DNA of 64,000 nt, from assembly GCF_009914755.1 (NCBI RefSeq), contig NC_060944.1, one strand, 5' to 3'. A model generated the notes under the pieces. The model was not told where the DNA came from. It ran no database searches and worked only from the letters and a program-made list of their open reading frames with translations. Below, piece by piece: positions 28,167 through 42,045 of the stretch; the first letter of the stretch is position 1; each line of letters begins with the position of its first letter. A program made the position numbers and the translations under genes. Origin of the DNA: the human T2T-CHM13v2.0 reference genome, Homo sapiens.

Positions 28167-28639
28167 GTAGGTGGTGCCGCCCCCCGCTCCTGGGCTCTTT
28201 GCCCACCCAACCCAAACATTCGTCTTGGGGACAGTGAGGCATCCGTCGGCACTCATCAAGGTTGCTGTCAGGGCTGAGCTGACGGACAGCGCAGTGGCTG
28301 GCACACAGGCACACTTAGGACGTGCTGGCCGCTCACAATGCGGAGTCCGTGAAGTCACACTGTGAGTGCCAGTGGGCCGCCGGAGCTGGTTGTCCCGCCA
28401 GGGCTGTGGTCTCATTAGTGTTAATAACACTATTAATAATACTAGTCCCATTAAGATTAGCAGCACTGTTTCTCTTACTCTCATTAGAATGAGTAGTCCT
28501 GTCAAGACCAGCGGTCCCATTAGGATTACCAGTCTTGTGAGTACCAGTGGTCCATGAGCGTGGTGCGGTAGAGCCAGGTCTCTGGAGCCGGGTTTCCTTC
28601 CCAGCACCCAGCACAGCCACATGTTTGTCACAGCTGAGG

Positions 28640-28800
28640 GACCTGACAAACCTTTCAGCCTCTTCCTCAGTCAATTCCTCCATAAAATGGAGGTAAGAAT
28701 AGGATTCTACTCCAGCCAGTTATTGTACAATGAACGCATTTCTATGAGGAAAACATTCAGCATAAGCACCTGATCCAGAGTAAGTGCCGTCGATGAGAGC
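28640..28800 (+). mobile_element. MIR-like SINE fragment
   Basis: cctcagtcaattcctccataaaatggaggtaagaata...agtaagtgc resembles the MIR core. Confidence 0.5.
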
Positions 28801-29143
28801 TGCTGTTGCTGAGGGTTAGGATTACAAATTATTTTAAATGTTTGTGTCATATTTCCTGATTTCCCTAAAATGAGCATTTGTAATCAGAAAAAAAAAAGCA
28901 GTAAAGATCTTATTTTGAAAATAAGAGCATGCCCCACCTGTGGCTGCTGAGTGGAGTCTGCAGCCGTGCTGGGGGAGACATAACTGTGCCCCTAACAGCT
29001 AGAGGGACAAAGGGACAAGGAAGTGACCAGGTCCCACAGAGAATTTGGGCAGAGCCCCTCTGGGCAGGGACAGATGGGGAGATGGTGGCCTCCACCAAGG
29101 CAGCAAAAAATGAGTAACATCCTCCAGCCCCACGTGTCTCATT

Positions 29144-29262
29144 ACTCTGCTCTTGTCTCTACTGGCAAACAGGCTCATGTTGACTCTGCTCTGGTCTCTA
29201 CTGGCAAACAGGCTCATGTTGACTCTGCTCTGGTCTCTACTGGCAAACAGGCTCACGTTGAC
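29144..29262. repeat. 39-bp tandem repeat, 3 copies
   Basis: actctgctctggtctctactggcaaacaggctcatgttg at 29144, 29183 and 29222. Confidence 0.95.
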
Positions 29263-30460
29263 CGCTTGTTACTCAAGAGCCTGTATAAAAATAGCATCAC
29301 CCCACAGGGATCAGGAAGGATTTTCGCTGTCATGCACATGTCGATGTTGCATCCCCCCAGGTTCATAGGCAGTGACGACAGAGAAGGAGTGATGGCCCTC
29401 CCGGCGGAGCCATCCCCGTCCCCTCCTGGTGTCTCTGAGTGTGGAGATGCACTGTTGTGTGGGTGTCCATTTTGTGCTCCCTGCTCCTCCCCTTCTCAGA
29501 GTCCCCAGGGCCTTCATCAGTGTCAGTGTCGTTGGGGTAGCACCTCTGATTTCTTTTTATTTGCCAAAACCAATCTTTTTAAAGACAGATTATTACCTTT
29601 TACTAGCATCCCTTTGGAAGGACTCAGAAACCCCTGTCCATCTGAGGGAGTTTGGTGACTGGTGCCCTCTGCGGAAGGGCAAAGGCAAAGGGAAGGCAGG
29701 TCCCTATCCCCCATGCAACCCTTTCAAAGCCACATGCTTGTCACCAGGTGGCAGAAGAAGCGTGCTTGACCCCATCCACAGCCTCCCAGGAATGAGCTCC
29801 CCACTCCTGCCTCGTGTGTCACCCACACTGTCTTTCTGTGAGTTTAGCCTCTGCCCCCGTGGCTCCCTGCAGATGTGCAGTCAGGCTGGGGGCTATTCCT
29901 GGACACCAAAGGCCTCAGGGCCAACACAACCCTGGGCAGGTTCACCGCCATGGTGGGGAAGTGAGAAGACTTGCCTGTAGTTGGCCTGGGGAAGTCGTGC
30001 TTGGGAGGCCCTGAGGAGGCTCTTTGTGGGGATTTCTGGTGAGGGGAAGACCCAAAGGCAGTCTGACACTCCACGGGGGGGTGCAGTGATTTCCATCTTA
30101 CAGATAGAAGCAGGAAACATGGTGAAGCTAAGACCACAGCAGGTGGAGTCTGAGATTGAGACAGGGCGCTGTGAAGTCTGTGCTCCCACCCCATCCCCTC
30201 AGGACAGAGGGGCTCAGAAAACCAGGAGTGGGGACTTCTCCTGCACGGCGGGTTTCAGTTCCATCTAGAAAGCATGGCACAGAGGGACGTGCCACACGAG
30301 CCCCCTTCCTGGCTTCCCTGGAGTCAGCCCATGTCTCCAGAGGGCCCTTGCCTTTCTCTCCTCTGCCAGCCCCTCACCTGTGGCAGAACCCCCTACAGGA
30401 AGGCAGGGTCCCTGCCTCTTCCCCCACCCCAGGGTTCTGCATTCTCCCAGAGGGTTGTGA

Positions 30461-30784
<324 letters not shown>

Positions 30785-31095
30785 TAGGGGCCCTGTGCCC
30801 TTGTGGAGATTCTCTCCACCCCGAATGGCCCGGGCTGTTGGCTGTGGTGGGTTTAGCCACCATAATGAGTAGCTGCCATAAAGAGTAGCTAATGAATCCA
30901 AAGCAAAATGGTGATTCCATGAGCAGAGAGGCTACTGCTGGGATGGCTGCAGAGAGGAACGCCCAGTGCTGCCTCTGGTTGGTGTGGGCTTGTCTCAGGT
31001 CACGTGGGGACATAGGTTTGATGCTCCCACATCAGGCTCTGCGGTGTGGGGCCCACTGCATGGACGGAGCTTGCTAACCTGGTTCTGTTCTCTAG

Positions 31096-31224
<129 letters not shown>

Positions 31225-33030
31225 GCCGTGTGGTACCCAGAAGTGTCCCAGCCCACCACACCGTTTACCTCCCTCGCCCTGCCCCGCACCGTGGGGATGC
31301 CCAACTCACAGTGACTTCCCGTTTGGGGCCCGGTGTGGCCGCGGGCGGGTTTATCCAAAGGGATGGCTGGAAATTGGCCGCTCCCACGAGGCTCCCTCCA
31401 GGCTTGGGGCCGTGGTGGCCCTATCTGTGTGCATAGGGGCACTGAAGAATTACAAAGTGATTTATTTTTGTTTTCTGAAAGAAATCTGAAGAGCAGCTCA
31501 AAGTCTCCAGTGGAAGCTCATGGACAAGGTTCTCAGGGAAGTTTTGGAGTTTGCAACCACAGTATTCCTTTGTCTGTCGAGGCTGGGAGGGTAGCCGTGA
31601 GCGTGGTGGGTGGGTGGTGTGAGTGGCATCTTGGCCTGGAGGACACGCCTGGGGCAGCGTGTCTGTGCTCAGTGAGGGCCGATGAAGAAAGTGCGTTTTC
31701 TGTTTTCATTTAATTCAGTTTTGTGTTAAGGGTGGAACAAAGCTCTGTTCTAGAGGGAAAGTTAGGAATAGGCCTCCCAGAGGATACTCCAGACAGTTGA
31801 CAAGCATCGCAGCCCCTGTCAGGTCAAGGAATTTTAACCTGGGAGACTCCTGAAAATCAGCCTAATGTCTGGGGGCAGCTGGCGCTGAGGCTGTGCAGAT
31901 GTGTATGGCCTTGGGTCACAGCTCCCTACTGGGGCTGCAGCCTTTAGACCCTGGGTCTGGGATCCACGTCTAGGGACCACTCTGGCTTCTGTGCATCCAC
32001 CCAGGCCCCCGACCCATCACTGCCACATTCTCCGGGTCATGGCCGAGCTTGACCTCTGCATCCATGGTGACGGAGGTGGCAATGACATCATCAAGGTCAG
32101 AGGGTAAATTCCTAACAGGAGACCACAAAGGTTTCACTTCTTTTAGATCCATCCAATATGCGAAAAAAGGGTACATTTTAATTTAATGTGTTAAAAACAC
32201 AATGTCCCTACCGTGTAAATAGAATCCAAGTCAATTGTGACTGCAATTCCAAGTTAGTATTTAAAAATAGAGAAATTGCACTTCCTGGAAAAAATTAAAA
32301 AGTAGTTAGTTTAATTATTCTGTAAATTATTTAATTTTGTCAAGATGTAAGTATTTATATTCACAGCCTCTTATGTTAACGTTTGCTATTTATTTAACAT
32401 TTTTATTTATTAATTTTATACTATTTCAACTAGACCCCACACCAGGGCACCCTAAGAGGGGAAAAAAGTGAATTCAAAGCAAAAATAACTATTTGACTAT
32501 AATATAGGCCACAAAAAATCTTGATATAACTCCTAGTTATAATTTTGATGCAACCAAGTTATTTTTTATATATTTTGTTATTTATTCTTTTAATAATGGA
32601 ATTTTTTTAAAAAGTATTTTGTAACTGAGGAATTTTGATAATTTGGGGATTTTGTTTTCCCTTGGTCTAATGGAGAGAAAGACATTTTGGTTTTCTTTTT
32701 CCATTTTGGGTTCCTTTTGTTTCAGGCACGGATAACAGCAAATGGAATTCTGTATTTATTATTATTTAAGTGTAGCGCAGATGTGTGTGCTTGGGCGTGT
32801 TTCTCGTGTCGCGTTTGCGTGTCGGCTCTTGCGGTGGAGTCCTGTTGCTGTGAGGGAGTGCTGGCCGCAGGCAGCCTCGAGTCACCGCCAGGCTCACAGG
32901 CTGTGCCACCCGTCCCTCCGACAGCTCCAATACTGTGACCCTCCTTCCTCAGGAAGCGCGTTGAACCCACAGCACTCCGTGGTGTGTTTGCAGGGTGATT
33001 TCCTAATAAAAGTCCACTCTGACTGTGAAT
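31225..33030 (+). other. MYT1: MYT1 3' UTR (~1.8 kb) with an AU-rich core at ~32160-32770
   Basis: Runs from the stop codon to the first canonical AATAAA with a downstream GU-rich element; end position approximate. Confidence 0.8.
33005..33010 (+). terminator. MYT1: MYT1 polyadenylation signal AATAAA
   Basis: tcctAATAAAagtcc, followed ~25 nt later by GU-rich ggtgctgtggtctgtgggg. Confidence 0.82.
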
Positions 33031-34559
33031 CGGTGCTGTGGTCTGTGGGGAGGACATTGTCTCCATTCTTGGTGAGCTCTATCATGCACCCTCCTGGGAG
33101 CACATGCCCAGGAGGGGAATCTTCCATCTCTGGTCTCCCCTTGATACCACACGTGGGTCCCCTCTGGTGTCAGCTTAGCCAGTATCTCCTTTTGAAACTA
33201 CCCTACCTCACCGCCTCCACGTGTGTTTCTAGAAGGTGTAAATCATTGTATCTTGCCCCTTCCCACATGACCAGTCATATGCAAATTGAAGTTTTTCCCA
33301 GGAGTCTTCTCTTAGGGTCAGGGAGAATAACTTTTCCTGCTGAGGTTGTTAGACTTGGGGGTGTGGAACTGGGGTTGCCCTGGGCTATCTCTCCTGGCCA
33401 CAGGATGAAGCCATCAGTAGTAGGAGAGAGTTCAGACATTCTGGAGGGGGGCAAAGCTGACAATGGAGGTAGATGTGAAGGAAAAGGGAGCTCTCTGATG
33501 ATCTTTTTAGAGCTCATGGACCCAGCCATGTCTGAAGGCACTCCACCCTTGAACTGCCCAGTTATATAAGGCAATGGTTTATTTTTTTTTTTAAGCTGGT
33601 ATACAAGGCCAAAAAGCCAATGCATACCAGCTTTAAAAAAAAAAAGAGACTTCTCCCCTTTTTCATTTTCGTACTTTTGTGTCAGGTGGAGCTCTAGTGC
33701 TCCTAGAGTAAGACCTGGACTTGGGACTTCTAGTCACATTCAGCCTAAACTGTCAACATGCTTTTGACCTCCCTGGAATCTGGCCCTGGTGGTAGTCCTG
33801 GAGCGTCCATCTGATATGCAAACAAAGGATCCATCTTCACTGACAAATTCTTAGAAATTCTGGACTGAGTTTCCACCCTCTGCTGTAGTCAGACAGGGTC
33901 CACAACACCTGTGGAGGACATTTGATCTGCCTTCAAGGCTCCAACTGCTGGTTGTGGGGGCCCAAGCAGGTGCCAGTGCCCACTGGTGGGTTATGCAGAA
34001 CATGTTCAACTGTGAGGAAGGGTTCCTGGGGGTCCCCTTTGGTGAGGCCCCATTTGTGATGGGGAGACCAGTGGCCTGGAGTTGTACCCCTTCACGTCAG
34101 CACAGCAGATGCTGGGGTGGGTGTGAGCAAGACCGATTCTGAAGTGTCCCCTCAGCAAGCTGAGGTAAAGTCATTCTGGGGGGTATGAGAGTTGGCTGGA
34201 GAGGTGGGGACTATGATGTTCCTGCTAGGGGACACAGGCTGTTACCATGATGTTAGAAAGCTGCACAATCCCATAGTTTGATAATGGCACGAGCTGGTCA
34301 CCCCCAAGAAGATTCTCTCACTTTTCGCTTAGAGGCACTGGCTGGGCCACCAGCCTACTGGGAGCTGAGAGAAAGAGCGTCTAAAGTCACAGGCATGTGC
34401 TCTCTTAGGATTTATTTTTGGTATGGGACCCCACAGCTAGGCCTTCTCTACCAGCCTGCAGACCCTCCTGTTTACTGTATCCAGAGGATAAAGCTCAAGG
34501 TTTCATCCAGAGGGAGGGGAGTGTTTGCCAGGCTCTCAGAGTCGGGGTGGAGTTCTGGG

Positions 34560-34880
34560 GAAGGGGGCTACTGGCTCCCGAAACACTTTCTACCAGTTGT
34601 CTTCTCCCATCTCCAACAGAATCTGGTGCTACCAGTTATTGGGGGTTCTGAGGTATGGACGGTGTTGGCTCTGAACTTTCTACACTCTGGCTAGAATTCA
34701 GTGTTTTGTGTCTCCTAGGCCATTTATTTTGCATCTGTGAATTTTCTGGCTTCTAAATTGCATTGTTGTCCCCTCTTTCATCTCCTCACTCCTGCCAATG
34801 TATGCCTTAAAATCTGTCATTTTAGGCAGGTGTAAGAGAGAACAAAGGTAAATACACATGTGCACCTGCTTTCCTTACCT
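34560..34880 (-). mobile_element. Ancient L1/HAL1-like fragment
   Basis: ttctggcttctaaattgcattgttgtc...tatgccttaaaatctgtcattttag...aaaggtaaatacacatg resembles old L1M/HAL1 sequence (recognised from memory). Confidence 0.4.
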
Positions 34881-36859
34881 GAATGGGTATGCTTCCAGTT
34901 GATGAGCACACGACTGTCTCCCTGAACAGACGGGAAGTCAGCTTAGTGCTGGGTCGACATCACCCCATGAGTAAGGGAAGCCTCAAGTTCAGGTGAGATT
35001 TTTCCTATTAACCACTCTGTCTCCCTGAAGCCAGTAGCCTCTCAGAGGCTGCTAAAGACATGGATGTGGAGGGTTTCCTAACTGTCAGCTGATTGTGAAT
35101 CCTGCAACACAGGCCATCCATGCTCCCAGGGGTTATAGCATCTGTGCCATTCCCTCTGTCCTTCTTAAAATATGGAGGTGGAGTGTGGACTTCTCTAATG
35201 GAGTCTTAAGTCTTCACAAGGGCACCCTTATCCATGATCGTGGGTGGCCTGGGCTGGTGCCAGGCAGCTGACCTTTGGCAGAGCTATGCTCTGAGCCACT
35301 CTGGCCCTCACTGCACCCCAACCCTACCATCCCTCCTGGCTGCTCCCATTGTCTCTGCCTCTCTTTCTTTCCTCTCAGTGTCTGCAGCATGCAGGTCTCC
35401 GTGTGTGCTGACTTTTCTAAAGCCTGGCCTCTCCTCTTCCAGCACCTGCTATGGCTGCCTCCTCCTCTCCCTCTACTGTATCTTCCTCCCACCTGCTTAT
35501 GTGCTCCTGGCCTCTCCTCCTTCCTGATTTCCACCCTACCCTGCAGCTGCCTCAGGGCTGTCCCAGCCTATGTCCCAGCCCCTTTCTTCTCATTCCCAAG
35601 GCTGATGTCTGCTGTGTGCAGAGAACTCCCATACTGTCCCCCAATCCTTTCTTCCCTGGCTCTAGTACCTTCTGGGTATGCACTTGGATGCCCCAGAGGC
35701 ATCAGGACACATGCCTGGGTGACCACAACAGCCTGCTCGCTACGCCCACCTGGTCCTCTCTGGGCCCAGCAAGATACCAACCCCCATCAGCCCCTGGTCT
35801 TCACTCACCCAGCTGAAGGTCACATGGCCATACGGGAGTTGCCAACAGGGGCCACAACTGCCTGATGTGCCACATGAATGTGAATGCCCCTGTGGAGCAC
35901 CCAGCTTGTGCTATGTGCCACCCCATGGGGCCAACCATAGAGCAGCCCTGACTAGGGCAGGTGTATGATGTGGGGGAAGAATGGATGGTTATTTTGGATC
36001 CTGGGGAAAGCCACGCAGGGATACGTGCACAACAGCACAGTCTGTGCCCTGCCCAGCATGTGGACACAGTGACTCCCCTGAGCTCCTAGAGAGCCCCTCC
36101 CAGTAACTGGCATCACAGTTTCCTGAGCTGTCTACTTGGGCTGATTGTAGCTCCTGAGAACTGGCCACACCCCTGGCAGCCTCGTGAGCCAGTGTAGGTC
36201 TTGAGGGGCACATTGGGAGCCCCACGAGGTTGGAGGAAGTGGTACAGTCTCAGCCCTGCAGAGCCATCCCTGAGCACCCACCACTCCCACGGTGAGAAAC
36301 CTTGCTGGGGGGGCAGGGGGTGCCTGTGAAGCCTTGTCCCCTGACCCACAGGAGCCCAGGGGCAGGAGGGTGAGCAGCAAACTGCAGCCACCACTCCAGC
36401 ACCCAGCGAACCCTCTTCATGGGACCCATTCATCTCTGCTCATGGGGCACCTTTTGCCAAATTAGACACACTTTTGCCTATTTATTTCATACACTGTCAA
36501 AAGTGTTTTCCTTGTCTTTAATTCGGTCACAGCTCTCTCTGTAGAAGTTGTCAAAATAGCAGAAGTCAAATCTGGTAATATTTATGACTAAAGATGGCGA
36601 GGAGCCATGTGAGAACCAACCTGCTGCCTAGGAAAGACCAACGAGAAGTGCTGCGGGTTCCACCCCATATCCCCTGGGCCACTGCTTGGGACCCCTGATG
36701 GGTGGATAATCTCAGAACCCATCAGGCACCAAATCTAGAAGGGTTCCATTATGGCTGCCCTAACTCCCACCCCACATAGAAGTCCTACTTGGCTCAGCTC
36801 TGAGCAGATAAGGAGAAATAAAGACTGACCATTATTGAATCTTATCCCTTTCTACACAT

Positions 36860-36980
36860 TTGGGCTCCTTCCACCTCTCAACCACCTGTGATACAAGCAA
36901 TAGGATTGTCCCCATCATGCAGATGAAGAAACCAAGGCCCAGGGAGGCCCAGAAGGCCACTCAGAGTCACACAGGGCTTG
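36860..36980 (-). mobile_element. MIR fragment
   Basis: ccccatcatgcagatgaagaaaccaaggcccaggga...gtcacacag. Confidence 0.6.
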
Positions 36981-38601
36981 GCTGTGCAGCCGGGGTTTGC
37001 CGCAGGCCCCTGACTCCAGAGCTGGCGCCTTCGGAACCACATGATGGTGTCTGCAGCATATTCAGGAGGAGAAGAGCGGATCTGCACAGAGCAGTAGGAT
37101 CCAGTGGGTATCCAAGGGGCCAGAGGAGAAGGGGCTGCTGTGGTCCCTAGTCCAGTGGGAAGGGCAGGAGGCACCAGGAAGAATCTGCCTGGCAGGGCAG
37201 GGAAAGATGGGAGCTCATTGCTGGGTTGCTCCAGCCTCAGGAGAGTTGGGAACCATCTGGGTCCCCAGTCAGGATGCCTAAAGAAGAGGCCAGGGGAGGC
37301 CAGGTAGATGTCATTGCCTCTGGGGACAATCTGATAATTCCCCAGAGCAGGTGGGACTGGCTGGAGACCACGAAGGCTCCTCGAAATGGAGGCAGATTCT
37401 CCAGCCTCATCTGCCTCCATATTTGGTGAAGAGAGCTACACAGAAAGCATGGGGAGAAAATGGGGCACAATGGTGGTCACGGGTGCCCCCCTGAGGGAGT
37501 TTGCACTTGACCTGAGGGAGGCGCGGGCCAGCCCTGGGGGTGTCTGAGGCAGGGGCAGGGACCCTGGTGGGAGGGAGGAAGGGTGCCAGCCAGTGAGGCT
37601 GGCCAAGGGGCAGGGGCAGCGGGAGGCATGAGGGATAAGGGAGTTCAGCCACGGCCAGACTTTGACGCTGTGTGAGATGCAAACACTGCGGGTCTGGGGC
37701 AGTGGAGTGATCTTGCTGATGTGTTTTCTGGTTTATTTGTCTGCACAAGATCCCTGAGATGAGGGTCTTGTCATACTAACCCTGGATGCCCAGGGTCAAG
37801 AGAGCAATCTGCCCTTGAGGCAAACAGTGCTGAGTGGAGGGAGGGAGGGGAAGTCCAGGGCCGGCCTCAAGTCACTGGGGACATCTGGATGAGTGCTGAG
37901 ACAGGGCAGGGGGCTCCACATTGCATTTCCTCACCCAGATCCCAGGACTGGGCTGCCCGGGAGAAGCTGACTTGGAGCTCGCTCTCCAGACAGCTGGCAA
38001 TTGGGTACCTCTCCCTGTGCCTGGCACCCCTGCCTGCCACATAAAGCCATCCTGCAAAGGTGCACTGTGGTCCCAGCTCACCCACCTATGACACTTCAGG
38101 GACATCCCTGCATCTCCCATCTATACCAGCCGCTCCTCTTGGCTTCGAGATCTGCCCCTGGTGGGTTGCTGGCTACCGGATGTCTGACAACAGCTGCCAG
38201 CCTGGTTCGGAAGTGCTACCCAAGGCCCTCCTGTTTGCACCTCCAGGTCCAGCTGCCACTCACCTGGTGCCCAGGGAGTGGAAACATCCTCTGCTACCAC
38301 CTCGTCCTCACGACTAGTCTGGTCCACCACCTGTTGCAGTAAGACGTTTCTGGGGCGGCCCCTCCTTCTTCAAGGCCGATACCCACTCACATGTTCCCCT
38401 CCGGGTTTTCCTTTCACAATTCACAAGAGGCAGTGAGGAGTGAGGAGTGGTGGAAGAGCTGGCACAGGGGACAATGTCACCAGGAACCCTGGGTCCCACA
38501 TCCTAAGAAGTGTGGGTGTCAGCTCAAGGCACTCCCACCTCAGGTGTGCTGTGGACAGGGCTCTGGGCCCTGGGTCTGACACCACTTCTTTGTGAGGACC
38601 C

Positions 38602-38700
38602 TGTATTAGCCAGGGTCCCCAGAGAAACAGAACCAATAGGGGATACATATGTATCTCTTACATAGGCCCAGCAAAGTTGATATAAAATTGGCTGCTGCAG
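38602..38700. mobile_element. MLT2-type (ERVL) LTR terminal fragment
   Basis: tgtattagccagggtccccagagaaacagaaccaatagg matches the typical MLT2 terminus. Confidence 0.65.
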
Positions 38701-39006
38701 ACCTCTTCCCTATGCCCACGTAAAGTGGTTTGTTTTAAGATGAGAAATAATTTTTAAGACAGTTGGGAATGCCCAACCGTTTTATGTACGTGAATACATT
38801 CGAGTTCACCGGTATTTTCAGATCAGCATCAAGCTGCTGTCACCTGTGTGGCATGAATAGCACAGAAGCTTTGACGGATGTCGGAAAACAGACTGGCTTG
38901 TTCCACTCTGGCTACGGGGCTTAAGATGAGGAAGAAGGACTTCCCCTTCCAGATGACCCCGTTTGTCTCCTCCCAAGACAGCAGCTGTGCAGCGGTGACA
39001 CCTTGC

Positions 39007-39143
39007 GGTAAATTCCTCATATGAGCCCCCCCCCCGCCCCCCGCCCACCCCAGCCACCCAGAGGTGCGAGAGACCAGGCGTAAAGGTAAATTCCTCATGT
39101 GAGCACCCCCCGCCCACCCGGAGGCGAGAGAGACCAGGCGTAA
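39007..39143. repeat. Imperfect tandem duplication (78 bp plus 59 bp)
   Basis: ggtaaattcctcat(a/g)tgagc...gagagaccaggcgtaa starts at 39007 and 39085. Confidence 0.85.
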
Positions 39144-39577
39144 GGCCATTCCTTAGCAGTGCCGGTCCCCTGCCCCTGAGGCCCTGACAGAGCCGGCCTG
39201 CATTTCATAAGACCGAGGGCAAGTATCTCAGAGGCCCAGGACACCTAGAGCGGGCATGAGACCTTGCCCCTTCACTGGACTGCAAAAAGCACCCAGGAGA
39301 CGTTGGAAGAGTGGCAGGGAAGGGGCTGAGGACGTAGGGCGGCTGCTGCAGGGGCCTATCCACACATCCACCCACTTCCCTTGTGAAAGCTTTCTGCTCA
39401 GCATGGGGGGAGAACCCCTGGCACAGCGTCCATCCGAGCGTCTTGTTCTGATTCGCCTTCATCCAGCCACTCCTGTCTCAGCCACCCCTGACCACCACCA
39501 AGTACTGAGCAGGGAAATGGCGAGGCAGCCACTGTCTGGTACTCAGGAGCGGAGCTCCTCCTCAGGAACAGGGTGCT

Positions 39578-39873
39578 GTCCGGGCACAGTGGCTCACGCC
39601 TGTAATCCCAGCACTTTGGGAGGCCAAGGCCGGTGGATCACCTGAGGTCAGGAGTTTGAGACCAGCCTAGTCAACATGGTGAAACCCTGTCTCTACTGAA
39701 AATACAAAAAAAATTAGCCAGGCATGGTGGCGGGCACCTGTAATCCCAGCTGCTCGGGAGGCTGGGGCAGGAGAATCGCTTGAACCCGGGAGGCAGAGGT
39801 TGCAGAGATCGCACTACTGCACTCCAGCCTGGGTCACAGAGTGAGACTCCATTAAAACAAACAAACAAACAAA
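39578..39873 (+). mobile_element. AluS-type element with (AAAC)n tail
   Basis: ccgggcacagtggctcacgcctgtaatcccagc...gtgagactccattaaaacaaac. Confidence 0.95.
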
Positions 39874-40429
39874 GAATGGGGCACTTGTTGTAAAACCCTT
39901 AGAGGATAAAAAAAAAATTTTTAATTGTCATTGCAAAAGCGACATTGTCCATCATACAAACAAACATCACAGAAGTAAATTAAATGAGAAGTTGTGTCCT
40001 TAGCCAGAGCTGAGACATGCTAAGAAATTAACCTTACATATTTACCCATGGAGTCTCATTTCCAGAGTCCCTTTTTAAATGTAGAGCTACTCTTCCATCT
40101 GCTTCATTTGCTATCTGCCTGAAAAATTCCCTTTAACATTTCACATTGTGTTGGTCTGCTAATGAATTCTTTTAGCTTTGTATGTCTGAGAAAAATCTTT
40201 CATTGTTTAAAATAAATGACAAAGTTTATTTTTGAGAGCAGTTTGGGTTTACACAAAATTTGAGCAGATAGTACCAAGAGTTCCCATAGACCCCTCTCCT
40301 TATTATTAACATCTGGAATCACTGTGGTATGTTATAACAACTAATACACCAATATTGATGCATTACTATTAACTAAAGTCTAGTCTACAGTTCACATTAG
40401 GGTTCACTCTTTGTGTTGCAGTTACATGT

Positions 40430-40728
40430 TTTGTTGTTGTTTTGTGGGTTTTTTTTTGTTTTTTTTTTGGAGACAGGCTCAGGCTCTGTTGGAGTGCAGT
40501 GGCACAATCACTGCTCACTGCAGATTTCACCTCCCAGCCTCAAGCGATCCTTCCTACCTCAGCCTCCAGAGTAGCTGGGATTACAGGCATGTGCCACTAT
40601 GCCCGGCTAATTTTTTTTTTTTTTTGTAGTGACGAGGTCTCGCTATGTTGCCAAGGCTGGTCTTGAACTCCTCCTGCCTCAGCCTCCCAAAGTGCTAGGA
40701 TTACAGGCATGAGCCACAGCACCTGGCT
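40430..40728 (-). mobile_element. Old Alu (AluJ-like), antisense, inside the L1
   Basis: Poly-T followed by gagacagg...ggagtgcagtggcacaatc...gagccacagcacctggct. Confidence 0.88.
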
Positions 40729-42045
40729 AGTTATATGGGTTTTGACTAAAGCATAATAACATGTATCCACCATTACAGTATCATACAGAATAGTTTCAGT
40801 GCCCTAAAAACCCTCTCTGCTCTGCCAGTTCATCTCTCCCTCTCCCTCCAACCCCAATCCCTGGCAACCATTGATCTTTTCACAGTTTCTACAGTTTTCA
40901 GTTTTCCCGAATGTCATATCACTGGAATCATATAGTGTTAATATGTAGCCTTTTTATCCTGGTTTCTTTCATTTCGCAATAAGCATTTAAGTTTCCTCCT
41001 TGTCTTTTCATGTCTCAGAGCTCATTCTTGTTATCATTCATTCATACTCCATTGCTTAGCATGTATGAGTTTGTTTATTCATTCACCTGTTGAAGGACAT
41101 CTTGGTTGTTTCCAAATTTTGGAAACTGTGAATACAGCTGTTATAAAAATCTATGTGCAACTTTTTGCATGGACATAGTGGTTGAGTAAGCACCTAGGAG
41201 TGCAAATGCTGGATCATAAGGTAAGACTTGTGTCTTCCACAGAGCAGAAGTTTTAATTTTAACAAAATCTACCTTACCAATTTTTACTTTCACGGATTGT
41301 GTGTTTGACTTGTCAAAAGAGTCATCACTAAACCCAAGACCACCAGGATTTTCTCCTATATTATTTTGTAGAACTTTTATGTAAAAAGTTTGAGATCTAT
41401 GTGTAGTTTTTTGGTTTTTTGTTTGCATATGGATGTTCAGTTGTCCCAGCATCATTTGTTGAAAAGACTATTCTTTCTCCATTTAATTGCTTTTGCTCCT
41501 TTGTCAAAGAACAGTTGACTGTATTTGTGTAGGTGTATTTCTGGGTTTACTATTCTATTCCATTGATCTGTTTGTCTCTTCTTTTGCCAACACCACACTG
41601 TCTTGATTACTGTAACGTTATAGGTCTTGAAATCTGGTTGTGTCAGTTCTCCAACTTCGTTCTTCTTCAGTACTGTGTTGGCCATTCTGGGCATTTTGCC
41701 TTTCCATATGCACTTTAGAATCAGTTTGTTGATATCCATGAAATAACTTGCTGAGATTTTGATTGGTGTTGCATTGAATCTACAGATTAAGTTGGAAATA
41801 ACTGATAGCACTGCTGAGCTTTCCTCTCCATAAACATGGAATATCTGTCTATGTAAATATTTGATGTCTTTTATGAGAGTTTGGTAGTTTTCCTCATATA
41901 GACCTTGTACCTATTTTGTTAGGTTTATGCCTAAGCATCCCATTTTTTGGTGCTATTGTAAACAGTATTGTATTTTTAATTTCAAATTCCAATTGTTAAT
42001 TGCTGGTATATAGGAAAGCAACTGGCTTTTGTTTATAACCTTACA

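Noticed and set aside
28272-28295. REST/NRSE-like site (GGACAGCGC)
   Set aside because: Only the right half-site matches; the left TCAGCACC is absent or mis-spaced.
41141-41811. Minus-strand ORFs as a gene or active retroelement
   Set aside because: Frameshifted L1 ORF2 remnants interrupted by other insertions.
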